A stretch of DNA of 64,000 nt. Origin: Octopus vulgaris (taxonomy: Eukaryota). The notes under the pieces were generated by a model. The model was not told the origin of the DNA and ran no database searches. It saw nothing but the letters and a program-made list of their open reading frames with translations. Shown piece after piece: positions 15,312-27,005 of the stretch. The position numbers and the translations under genes are program-made. The DNA is taken from positions 31,372,001 to 31,436,000 of the forward strand of contig OX597829.1 in NCBI GenBank assembly GCA_951406725.2, written 5' to 3'. How positions within the stretch are numbered: position 1 is the first letter of the stretch; each line of letters opens with the position of its first letter.

Positions 15312-15347
<36 letters not shown>

Positions 15348-15423
15348 TATACCTAAATATATAAATATATATATATATATATTCACATATATAATATATA
15401 CACATATATATATGCATATACGT

Positions 15424-15456
<33 letters not shown>

Positions 15457-15492
15457 CTCAGTCACACGCACATATGCATGTATGTATATATA

Positions 15493-15808
15493 CAGGTACC
15501 GAACCTCTTACCCGGAATATAGAAATCCAGAATTACCAGAAATCCGGCTATTTTTGAAACTGGTCTAGCTTTGAATTTCGCGGGCTGTAGTAGTTCGCCG
15601 CGCGGCCGCTTTGTTTTGGTTTTAAGAATCTGAAGTGGCTTAATAAAGATCTTTAGAAATGCATTAGAAATGTATTAATTTGTATATTTTATACAATGTT
15701 GTTCTTTACTTTTCGTTGTTTATCTTATATTTTCGGTATATATTTAGTCTGTGTCCAGAAATCCGAACCACCTCCGGTTCCAAGGTTGCCGGATAAGAGG
15801 TTCGGTAC

Positions 15809-15811
<3 letters not shown>
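15493..15811. mobile_element. Tc1/mariner/pogo-type MITE, 319 bp
   Basis: TIRs CAGGTACCGAACCTCTTA(C/T)CCGG at both ends with TA TSD. Confidence 0.9.
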
Positions 15812-15855
<44 letters not shown>

Positions 15856-15931
15856 ACGGTATGATGGGATATATGATGTATGACAGTTGGATGTAAAAAC
15901 GCACAGAGGCTTATTTACGTATTCTTCCTCT

Positions 15932-16554
15932 TCAGTACATGAAATCATTTGTGTTAGGTCTTTGAAGAGCAATTCTTTCTGTCTTCTCTGTGTAACGCTC
16001 TTCCTGATCGCCGTCCTCTTTCGAATCCTCGGCAACATCCAACAGCTGGTTAAACAGCTTGAACGTATCGCGACTGTTCAAAATTCTTTCACGGTCTTGC
16101 ATGTAAGTGTCGTCGTCATCGTAGCTTCCCTTTATTTGGTAGCCACTACCGGATTTGCCATGTTTTTTCATGACGTGTGCGTACAGGCGTTGTCTTTGTT
16201 CATTGGCCTGTAGGTCAAGTTCAATTTGGCGAGTTACGATGGCCGAACTTTTCCGCCAAACGTTGAACTCGTAATCAATTGGAATGATACGTTCGGCAAT
16301 TACTTTGATCATAATGACAGCCTTGCCGCTTTTTACCCACAGTTCAACATTTTCGGAAATCGAATCGAAGTTATCCGTATAGTTGGACCCGATTCTGCTT
16401 CCGTCAGCATGTATAAAGTCGATATCACCGTGAATCTCTTCGTGTTTATGTTCCACATTGATACTTTGTTTGATGTCCTTGGAATCAATGTTACTCAAAC
16501 GAGTAAGCAGTGTTTTAGTCAGCTTCTGCTTGCTTTGGGCCTCTTTCTTCATGA
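15932..16554 (-). CDS. Terminal coding exon of an unidentified host protein (about 207 codons)
   Basis: Only long non-repetitive ORF in the window (MKKEAQ...PNTNDFMY*, TGA at 15932-15934). Composition is balanced, and a pyrimidine-rich acceptor TTTTCTACTTTCAG lies immediately upstream (AG at 16556-16555), 2 nt before the ATG. The product is not recognised. Confidence 0.8.
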
Positions 16555-16684
16555 CTGAAAGTAGAAAATTGCAACAATTTTAACAATTTCATTATCAACA
16601 TCAGCAATAAACAACAACACTACCACACGAAAACAAAAAAATTGACACCATACATACAATAGAAATAACAACATCAAAAATAAT

Positions 16685-17235
16685 AATTCTTTCTATTACA
16701 GGAAAAAGACCTGAAATTTGTGGGGAGGGATAAGTTTATTACATCGTGCCCATTGCACAACTAGTACTTATTTTATCAACCCAATAAGGATGAAAGGCAA
16801 AGTCGATATCGGCCGAATTTGAACTCAGAACGTAAAGTTGGACAATATACCTATTTCTTTACTACCCACAAGGGGCTAAACACAGAGAGGACAAACAAGG
16901 ACAGACAAATGGATAAAGTCGATTATATCGACCCCAGTGCGTAACTGGTACTTATTTAATCGACCCCATAAGAATGAAAGGCTAAGTCGATATCGACCGA
17001 ATTTGAACTCAAAACGTAAAGTTGGACAATATACCGCTAAGTATTTTGTTCCAAACTTCGACACAAAGCAACAATTTTAGGGTGAGTGAGTCGATTACAT
17101 TGACCCCAGTACTTGACTAGTAAGAAGGAAAGACAACGTTGGCTTTGGAATAATTTGAACTCAGAATATAGAGCCAGAACAAATACTGCGAAGTATTTCC
17201 CCCCCGACGTTCTAGCGATTCTACCAGCTCACCAA
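16685..17235 (-). mobile_element. Nested cluster of SINE family B copies
   Basis: Repeated GGATGAAAGGCAAAGTCGA..GAATTTGAACTCAGAACG blocks; young-subfamily tail CTATTTCTTTACTACCCACAAGGGGCTAAACACAGAG at 16851. Confidence 0.85.
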
Positions 17236-17462
17236 TAACTTCAGTGTTATATAAACTAAGCACAAGGCATCAGATTTTTGTGGAAGGGTGCAGTCTGTAG
17301 TATCATTTGTGTCATTTCATAAAATGTTTTCAAAGATTTACTTAATTGCTTTGTTTACCTTTGAAAGGAAATTCATTCAAGCGTAAATACTAAAACACAA
17401 CGATCATAAATATTGTCCCAAACAGTAATAATTAGTTCATTACGTATGTAGTGGGTGGTGGT

Positions 17463-17507
<45 letters not shown>

Positions 17508-18256
17508 ATATATACATTTGTAGATAAACGCACAATGTTCTGTGTATGCAGCATAATGATAGCAAGTGGTATGTATGTGTGTGTTTGTGTGTGGCTAATG
17601 TAGTATGTAACGTAAACGAGCGTATAATGGAGTATGTAACGTAAATGAACATAAATGAGGTGTGCTTAATATAATGTACTTAAAACTAATAAACTTAGAC
17701 ATATGACGACAGCCCCAAATTTCATTCAAAAGTAGTGCATCCAAAACTATATTACGTCATGCGATTTTTTTCTCTCCTTCATACACACGCGCGCGCGCGC
17801 GTTTTATGACGGAAGATTGTAATCTGAAGTAGATTTAGCTGCTGCTTTAACCGTGTCAGAATGATAGTGCAGATAACAGTCTGTATCCCAAACTGCCTGA
17901 GTTGGTCAGGGGCACCAAGATACTAGGCATTTCCACTACCATAGGTTCCCAATGAAAACTTATTCGAGTGCAGCTCTTACTTTGTTTGCAGGCGACGAAA
18001 CTAGGGTTCCGACATTGGTTTCATTAGATTGCGCCTGGAGAAAATATTGCTACAAGTCGCACCACAGATTGCCGCTTCAGAACGATAAGATCGTGCTGCT
18101 GCCATTCATTCTTTATTCGTAAGTTTTTCGAAACTTGTAACTATTTAACACCTTTCTAAATACTACAAACTTAGTTATAATAATACGATGTAATACTTGG
18201 TCCCATTTTAGGACTTAACTCAACAGCAACACTAAATACATATGGATACATAATTC

Positions 18257-18335
<79 letters not shown>

Positions 18336-18345
18336 TAAAGTTAAT

Positions 18346-18549
18346 CCTAACATGAAAACACAAAGGGAAAACACAACAACGCGAGGACGTGGAACAAGTA
18401 TAGTGTTATTGGACCCTCGGGAAAGGAATAAAAGAAGGAGGATTTAACTTTTGGAGCAGAGCTCTTCGTCAGAAACATAGAAAAAAGAAAGTTCCAAGGA
18501 AGGGAAGACGAAGGAAAAAGAATCGCCAACGATACACACGCGGTCGCAT

Positions 18550-18553
<4 letters not shown>
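18346..18553 (-). mobile_element. Penelope-like element terminal fragment with a decayed minimal hammerhead (18443-18475)
   Basis: Flanked by (TA)n on both sides; minus RNA UUU-CUGACGA-A-GAGC-UCU-GCUC-CAAA-AG-UUA-AA (GAAA mutated to CAAA). Confidence 0.65.
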
Positions 18554-18605
<52 letters not shown>

Positions 18606-18744
18606 CCAAGGAAACGTTTAATAGTGCAAACACCTGTTTTCTAACATTATGTAAGATGACATAAATATCTATATAGACAGTACAACAACAGATATTTGCC
18701 ACGGGTGCCTAATAAGCTGTATTAATGTAAACTACAAAATGGTG

Positions 18745-19095
18745 TACAGAAACATAGAGAAAAGATGAGAGATAAACCTCCACCTGGATAAAAAAAAAAA
18801 CAGTCTGTCACAGGTAACATTACCAGATGATTTTATGGTACCTAGGCTGATAGCGGCAATGTAGAATACAGTAATATGTAAGAAACACAAGCGTGAGATG
18901 AGAGATAAGATACCAGTTTATCACAGGTAACTTTACAAGATGAGCTGGTGGTACCTAGGTGGACTGCGGCAATGTACAGAATGTTGTGTACAGAAACATG
19001 GGAGAGAAGATGAGAGATAAATTTCCACCATGATAAGAAACCAGTCTGTCACAGATAACATTACCATGTGATGTGGTGATACCTAGGTCAACTGT
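18745..19095. repeat. Three diverged tandem copies of a ~110-135-bp unit
   Basis: AGATGAGAGATAA...CAGT(C/T)T(G/A)TCACAG(G/A)TAAC(A/T)TTAC...TACCTAGG occurs three times. Confidence 0.8.
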
Positions 19096-19456
19096 GATTA
19101 CAATAAAGCGCGTTATACGAAAGTTCAGCTGTGGATTTGAAATCAGGACTTGCGTCCAATATCTGACAAAACCACACTCAAATTTTAATGCTTGCAACAA
19201 TATCTGATATTAACAAAGAAGGCATCACATTGCGTTTGCGTCTTCGTTAAGAAGACCTTAGTTAGGGCTCTAAACTGTTGAAAGGAATAATAATAGAGCT
19301 GGGCTTGCTTTCTAAAACTTTAAATATCATCTTCAGTCGAACAATGGACTGGCTTTGTGGTTAATTATTTGTTATATCATACGTTGTTGTAGACAGAACA
19401 GATCAGCATGCACGCGCGCGCGCGCACACACACACACATACAAACACACAAACACA

Positions 19457-19519
<63 letters not shown>

Positions 19520-19769
19520 ACAAAAACACACACACACACAAAAACACACACACACACAGAAGTCATTTAATCTATGGACATTTTCTGACCTAATTCTCAG
19601 GAACCCTAAAGGTAATAGGTTCCCCTTAAACAAATGATTTTATACGGATATTGGTAACCTGATCGACTCGTAGTGCGATATTACTATTGTAACTCACGCC
19701 AGCACAGGATGAAGGTTACAGTGGATGATGCGGTGAGATACGAGAAGAAAGAGGGTAGAAAAGTAGCGG

Positions 19770-20216
<447 letters not shown>

Positions 20217-20775
20217 ACGTTCAGAGAAAGTTCACAGGAAGTACACGAATAGAAAAAGAAAATTGGGCGTGTAAATAACAATAGAATATATTCATTTAGA
20301 ATCTGAAGAGAACAACCACTATTATTGCTGCTTTCAAACACTACTACCTCTACCATTACCACTAACACTAGTACCAATACAATATCAACCGCACGGGCTA
20401 CACTACTGTGGCCATCATTATAGATGTGCTTCCTTCTGTAGCATTCTACCAGGGTTGACAAACGTACATACACACCACATACACATACACACACACACCA
20501 CACACACACACCCATCCATCCATCCATCCATCCATACATACATACATACATACATACATACATACATCCCTCCATCCATCCATCCATCCATATATACATA
20601 CATACATACATACATACATCCATACATACATACATCCATCCATCCATTCATCCATCCATCCATACATACATACATACATACATACATACATGCATAGACA
20701 GACAGACAGATAGAAAGATAGACAGGCAGATATGTGTGTGTGTGTGTGCGTGTGTGTGCACAAATTTATATAAAT

Positions 20776-20815
<40 letters not shown>

Positions 20816-20855
20816 AAAAAAGGGAGATGTGGAACACGAGTTGTGATATATAAAA

Positions 20856-21081
20856 AAAGGAAATGAAGAAAATGCTGACAAAATAATTTAAGTAAGGGAG
20901 AGTGTATTTAATTAGATTTTTTTCTATAGAGAAAAAATCTATCAGAAAGGAACTCTATCTCTCTTAAAAAATATCTTTTGATAAGCATAACAAATGCGCA
21001 ACCGGTAAAAAGAACTTTCACCTAATTAAATACACTCTCCCTTACTTAAATTATTTTGTCAATATTTTCTTCATTTCCTTT
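20856..21081. repeat. Fold-back with 60-bp arms and a decayed hammerhead in the loop (PLE-type)
   Basis: Arms 20856-20915 and 21022-21081 (2 mismatches); the loop holds TCTTT-TGATAA-GCAT-AACAA-ATGC-GCAA-CCGG-TA-AAAAGA (20974-21013). Confidence 0.85.
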
Positions 21082-21245
21082 ATATATATATATATATAAA
21101 GAACATAGTGGGTTTAGTTGACTGGTGATCTAAACGAATAGGTACTGTGTAAGTGCTATTATTGGTCATCCGTTAGCTTCCAAGTTCACAGCTGAGGCTG
21201 GAGCTAGAGATCCGTGGTAGGTATCCGAATTAGCAGGTATACATC

Positions 21246-21419
21246 AAAGGAAAAGGAAAACAAATTAAAGGCAGGACGAGTATCCCAGGTCATTTAGAAT
21301 CTTTAGAGTAAGGTGAATCAAAAGAGAAGTCTCCATTTTTGATTCCCCTTACTCTAATTAAATATTCTAAATGACCTGAGATACTCGTCCTGCCTTGGTT
21401 CTCTTTTCCTTTTCCTTTT
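21246..21419. repeat. Imperfect fold-back, about 80-bp arms
   Basis: AAGGCAGGACGAGTATCCCAGGTCATTTAGAAT..TTAGAGTAAGG.GAATCAAAA pairs with TTTTGATTCCCTTACTCTAA..ATTCTAAATGACCTGAGATACTCGTCCTGCCTT. Confidence 0.85.
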
Positions 21420-21429
21420 ATATGCATAC

Positions 21430-21945
21430 ATATATACTTCACTCTCTTCTCTTCCCACATGAACGCCGGTCAGCCTAGCCTGTTCTTTCTTTCTTGGTCT
21501 GACTGTTGTCCTTGCAACATGGATATTCTTCCCCGTGTTTGTGAAATTTTTGTATCTCTGCCGTAAGGCTTCATTCCCACACGCGCCAGCTTAATTCAAT
21601 TCGTCCTTAGTCGAAAGACACCTGCTGTTATGTCCTGTAATTATTTTTATTGTATTTATATTTGTGCAAATTTGTCCGTTTTTTCCGTTCTTGTTTTTGT
21701 ATATATTTGCTGCTTTCTTCCAAGGAATCTAATGCTCTTAGCTTACTTTTTCCTTGGAGCTGGCCAGATTGGAGCAATCTCATGAATAATCAGCCGAAAT
21801 TGCGTGGATAATCTGGTGCTTGACTGAAGAAAGAAAACTTCGAATGACCCGTCCTTGTTTTCTTTGTATCGTCTATCTGAATGTTTTGTTGTCCCTTTTT
21901 GTATCACCTAACAGTCCGGATGTTTTGTATTCTCGTCCCATTTTG

Positions 21946-21950
<5 letters not shown>
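21430..21950 (+). mobile_element. Probable Penelope-like element fragment
   Basis: TA-flanked and pyrimidine-rich; its 3' part (ATCAGCCGAAAT...CTTGACTGAAGA...TTCGAATG..GTCC) is homologous to 55262-55395. Confidence 0.5.
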
Positions 21951-22007
<57 letters not shown>

Positions 22008-22012
22008 AAATT

Positions 22013-22124
<112 letters not shown>

Positions 22125-22519
22125 ATATATGGTGTGCGTGCATGTGTGTGTTTGTATACACACACACACATATACACACGTACACATACACACACGCACA
22201 CACACATAGACACACACACACATATATACGCACACGCACATTTCGAGTTTTCGTGCTGGCAAATATCATCAATTACTCAAATGGAATGTTGATCACAAAC
22301 GACCTTCCGGCATTATTGTTAATGAGTGAAGAAAGAGAGAGAGAGAGAGAGAGTTGCGATGAATAACCATCCTTATTAAATGAATATGGTGTTTAATACA
22401 GACGTTCATACTCACGTACACACACACATATACACTCTAGCATGCATACACTCACATAGCGCTTATCGTACAAAGAAAAGCATAAAAATATCGATTAGTA
22501 TTATTAAAATACTTTAATC

Positions 22520-22753
22520 TCTCTTTTTACTCATTTACTCTTTTACTTGTTTCAGTCATTTGACTGCGGCCATGCTGGAGCACCGCCTTTAGTCGATCAA
22601 ATAGACCCCGGAACTTATTCTTTGTAAGCCCAGTACTTATTCTATCGGTCTCTTTAGCAGAAGACACTTGCCCAAGATGCCACGCAGTGGGACTGAACCC
22701 GCAACCATGTGGTTGGTTAGCAAGCTACTTACCACACAGCCACTCCTGCGCCT
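22520..22753 (-). mobile_element. SINE family A, internally deleted
   Basis: Head and tail match 2227-2631; the middle, including the SSR, is absent (junction near 22655). Confidence 0.85.
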
Positions 22754-23079
22754 ATAATCATATACATTTCGTATGTCAGTTAAACTATATAGTTTTCCTT
22801 ATACAAGTTGCCACGTACCTGATAATAAGACAGTGCATATATACATATTAATGGTTTTGTAATTACAATTTCATAATTTGCCGTGTGATATCTGTGTTTT
22901 TCACTGAATTTCAGCTTCTCAGTACTGATGCTGAAGTGATTAGTTATATAACCAAGTGTCTTGATAATCACACACAGACACACATACACACGCACACAAT
23001 GTATGTATATATATATATAATAGAAATATTAAAATTACTATGTCTCTCTAAAAGAGATTACGGCAGCGTTACAGGAAAT

Positions 23080-23288
23080 TAATTGTTATCGTCATATTAA
23101 TATGGCAGTCTTATAGATATAAGACTAAAAGCTGTCGCTGATTAGCTCCATGAGGCCATCGCCTTAAGGTTATAATGGACACAGTTTGTGTGTCAAATAG
23201 CTATCTTAAGGCGATGGCCTCATGGAGCTAATCAGCGACAGCTTTTAGTCTTATATCTATAAGACTACCATATTAATATGGCGATAAC

Positions 23289-23293
<5 letters not shown>
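23080..23293. repeat. Near-perfect fold-back, 89-bp arms, 36-nt loop (PLE-type)
   Basis: 23080-23168 versus 23205-23293 with 2 mismatches; a related single arm lies at about 25425-25484. Confidence 0.95.
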
Positions 23294-23347
<54 letters not shown>

Positions 23348-23524
23348 TATATATAAAATATCGGCATTTGATCTCTGTAACAGAATGCAATTGTTTCCTA
23401 CATGGTCTGTTGTGGTGGAGCATCAAAATGCAAATGGAACGTGCAATGCAGAGGTTACAGATAATCACAACAGTAAGGAACAAATGATATCAACTCGAGT
23501 CTACCATAGTTTCTCCGAATATGT

Positions 23525-23680
23525 AATATAATATAATATAATATAATATAATATAATATAATATAACATAATATAATATAATATAATATAATATAATATA
23601 TTATGATATAATATAATATAATATAATATAATATAATATAACATATTATGATATAATATAATATAAATATAAATATAATA
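23525..23680. repeat. (ATATA)n pentanucleotide repeat
   Basis: Direct reading. Confidence 0.9.
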
Positions 23681-23932
23681 TAAAGTGTAGTAGCTGATGA
23701 GTTCTCATTTATGCTTGCGTAGTTAGCATTTACTCTCGAAATTTTTCTTTTTAACTGTTTTGTTACCTTCTGTTAAAATACATTGCTTTATTTCAATCAA
23801 TTTTGAAAATAATGAAGTAGTTAATAAAATAAATGTGACATTATTAAGTTTATGTTTGGAAAATAAATTAACATCAAATTTGACGGAAGGTTTCAATTCA
23901 GACCCATTTAAACTTTTTGTTGTAATATTTCT

Positions 23933-24121
23933 TCAGTCCCACTGTGTGGCACCTTGGGCAAGTGTCTTCTACTATAGCCGCGGGCGAACCAAAGCTTTGT
24001 GAGTGGATTTGGTAGACGGAAACTGAAAGAAGCACGCCGTACACACACACACATATATACATATATATATATATATCTCTCTATATATATATATGTGTGT
24101 GTGTGTATATATATGTGTGGA

Positions 24122-24152
<31 letters not shown>

Positions 24153-24375
24153 GTGTGTATGTGTGTGTGTGTGTGTGTTGTCCCCCTCCAACATCGCTTG
24201 ACAACCGATGCTGGTGGGTTTACGTCCCCGAAACTTAGCGGTTCGGCAAAAGAGCCCAATAGAATATGTACTGGGCTTACAAAGAATAAGTCCTGGGGTC
24301 GATTTGCTCGACTAAAGGCGGTGCTCCAGCATGGCCACAGTCACATGACTGAAACAAGTGGAAGAGTAAAAGAGT
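23933..24375 (+). mobile_element. SINE family A, 5'-truncated
   Basis: TTCAGTCCCACTG...CACCTTGGGCAAGTGTCTTC...GACTGAAACAAGT..AAGAGTAAAAGAGTA tail. Confidence 0.85.
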
Positions 24376-24491
24376 ATATATATATATATTTATTCATTCA
24401 TTCCGATCATGATATTTACTGCGGTATTAGCTTGATCAAATATGCACGTGGTTGAGATGAATAATCGGATTTGCCTCGTATAGACGTGTGA

Positions 24492-24524
<33 letters not shown>

Positions 24525-24581
24525 TGTATGTATGTATGTATGTATGTATGTATGTATGTATGTATGTATGTATGTATGTAT

Positions 24582-24866
24582 GAAGGACTCCTAGCCTTTG
24601 TTAAGGCATCCTTCTAGGAGAAGGTAACTCAGGAAACTGGGATAACTCCGACATAAAACCTGCGGCTCAGTGGTTACCGATGATGTTGACTTGTTTTTCT
24701 TTTCGGATTATGGCTGCTGTTTGCTTAGTGAGTGGGATTGACTCAGTGCACAGCCTTTCCTCACTTTAAAAAAATCTTCTTGCACAGGCATTACACGATA
24801 ACAACATTGATTAAGCTTCGTGTAATGGTCATACTCGATAACGAGGGGGTAGCCACCATTTATTAT
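24582..24866 (+). mobile_element. Short retroelement-like insert within a (TATG)n tract
   Basis: About 285 bp of non-repetitive sequence bounded by (GTAT)n on both sides; CTAGCCTTTGTTAAGGCATCCTTCTAGGAGAAGG resembles RTE-clade 5' sequence (from memory, unverified). Confidence 0.5.
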
Positions 24867-25480
24867 GTATGTATGTATGTATGTATGTATGTATGTATGT
24901 ATGTATGTATGTATGTATGTATGTATGTATGTATGTATGTATGCATGTATTCATGTATGCATGCATGCATGCATGCATGTATGTATGTATGTATGTATGT
25001 ATGCATGCATGCATGCATGCATGCATGTATGTATGTATGTATGTATGTATGTATGTATGTATGTATGTATGTATGTATGTATGTATTAGTATATATACGC
25101 ATGTATTTGTATGGGTATGTATATATATATATTTACATTTATGTACTTTTGGTATATTCTACTGATAATGGTAAGTATCACTAAACCAGAAATCGGACGA
25201 TCTAGAATTAATCTCAAAGAAAATATTTTCACTAAATCTCTTTTATTAATTTCCTCGCTTTCAGCCTTGTGCTAATGGAGTGTAATTTGAAGTGGTTTTT
25301 AGTCTTTTGACGTCTATCTCTAGCATATAGGTGCTGTTTCTCAGTACCCTTAATCGTAATTATATCGATATAAATTTTTACCTATGTTTTTATTACATGG
25401 TAACCACTGATGATTTTATCCTTAATTATGACAGCTTTATTCTTATTTTTATAAGAATGCCATATTAGTATGGCGATAAC

Positions 25481-25537
<57 letters not shown>

Positions 25538-25739
25538 TGTATGTATGTATGTATGTATGTATGTATGTATGTATGTATATATACATTCACACTCACATGA
25601 TGTGTATATCTGCGTGTCTGTGTAAGTGAGTGTGCGTATGGAGTGGATAAAGCTTATGCCATATTTTCAGTTACGTGAATATGACCCAGGGCGTGTCTTT
25701 CTAAATATCTATAAATATAAAATGCACACACACATTCAT

Positions 25740-25785
<46 letters not shown>

Positions 25786-25868
25786 CGTATATGTATGTAT
25801 GTATATACATTTATATAAACGTTTGTATGCATGTACGCGTGTGTGTATATATATATATATATAAATAA

Positions 25869-25939
<71 letters not shown>

Positions 25940-26685
25940 CACATACGTACATGTTCGTACGAATATGCATGTGAATATGTATGCGTGCGAGTAAGTCTGT
26001 GTGTGTGTGCACATGTGCGCTAGCGCTTCGTTTTTGGTGGTTGTGACTTATTCTTAATCTCTCTTCTTCAGACCACTGTATTTGGGTTATTCATTCCACT
26101 GCACACCAATCGTCTCATTGAATGCATTCTTTCACTTTATAAAGCATCAAATACGACCGACCCGACCAGCTACATTCCCATTCACCTACAGGCCTACGCA
26201 CCAACCAACCTCGCCCATGGAACCCATTTGTCTTCTAAGCCTATCTACATACCTGTCTTTCTTATCTGCATACCTTACTTTCTAATTTTCTAACCTATCC
26301 CACCTTGAAAAAGAATATATTTTCTGGGTTTTTTTTTTATTATCTTTCTGTCATTTACTGCCAAAACTGACGACAATTAATTCATCACATAGCCAAAATT
26401 CCCTCATATGAGGAAGGGTTTCCCTTTTAGAGTTCCTCAACCTCGCTGTTGCACCCTGATTTGAATCATGAGTAACACACATGCACGTTAACACATACGC
26501 ACACACACACACACACGCACGCACGCACACCTACGTACACAATACATATATACATGCATAATATTACATACACACACACACACATTACATACATACAAAC
26601 ATACATACATACATACATACATACATACATACATACATACATACATACATACATACATTACATTACATTCATACATAATTTTATT

Positions 26686-27005
26686 CATTTACTTGTTTCA
26701 GTCATTTGACTGCGGTCATGCTGGAGCACTGCCTTGAACGTTTTTAGTCGAAGAAATCGAGCCCAGGACTTATTCTTTGCAAGCTAAGTACTTTTTCCAT
26801 CGGTCTCTTTTGCTGAACCGCTAAGTTACGGGGACGAAAAATACGCCAACACTGGTTGTCAAACGGTGACGGGGCAAAGATATACACACACATACACAAA
26901 TACACACACACACACTCACATAAATATAAGTATATCATACGATGTGCTGCTTTCAATTACCGCCTACTAAATTCACTCACAAGGCTTTGGTTGGTCCGTG
27001 GCTAT
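26686..27005 (-). mobile_element. SINE family A, head truncated
   Basis: TTTACTTGTTTCAGTCATTTGACTGCGGTCATGCTGGAGC...ACTCACAAGGCTTTGG matches family A. Confidence 0.8.

Noticed and set aside
15887-16558. Plus-strand ORFs 15887-16213 and 16226-16558 (hydrophobic-looking)
   Set aside because: Antisense shadows of the minus-strand exon, which has the splice acceptor and an unbroken frame.
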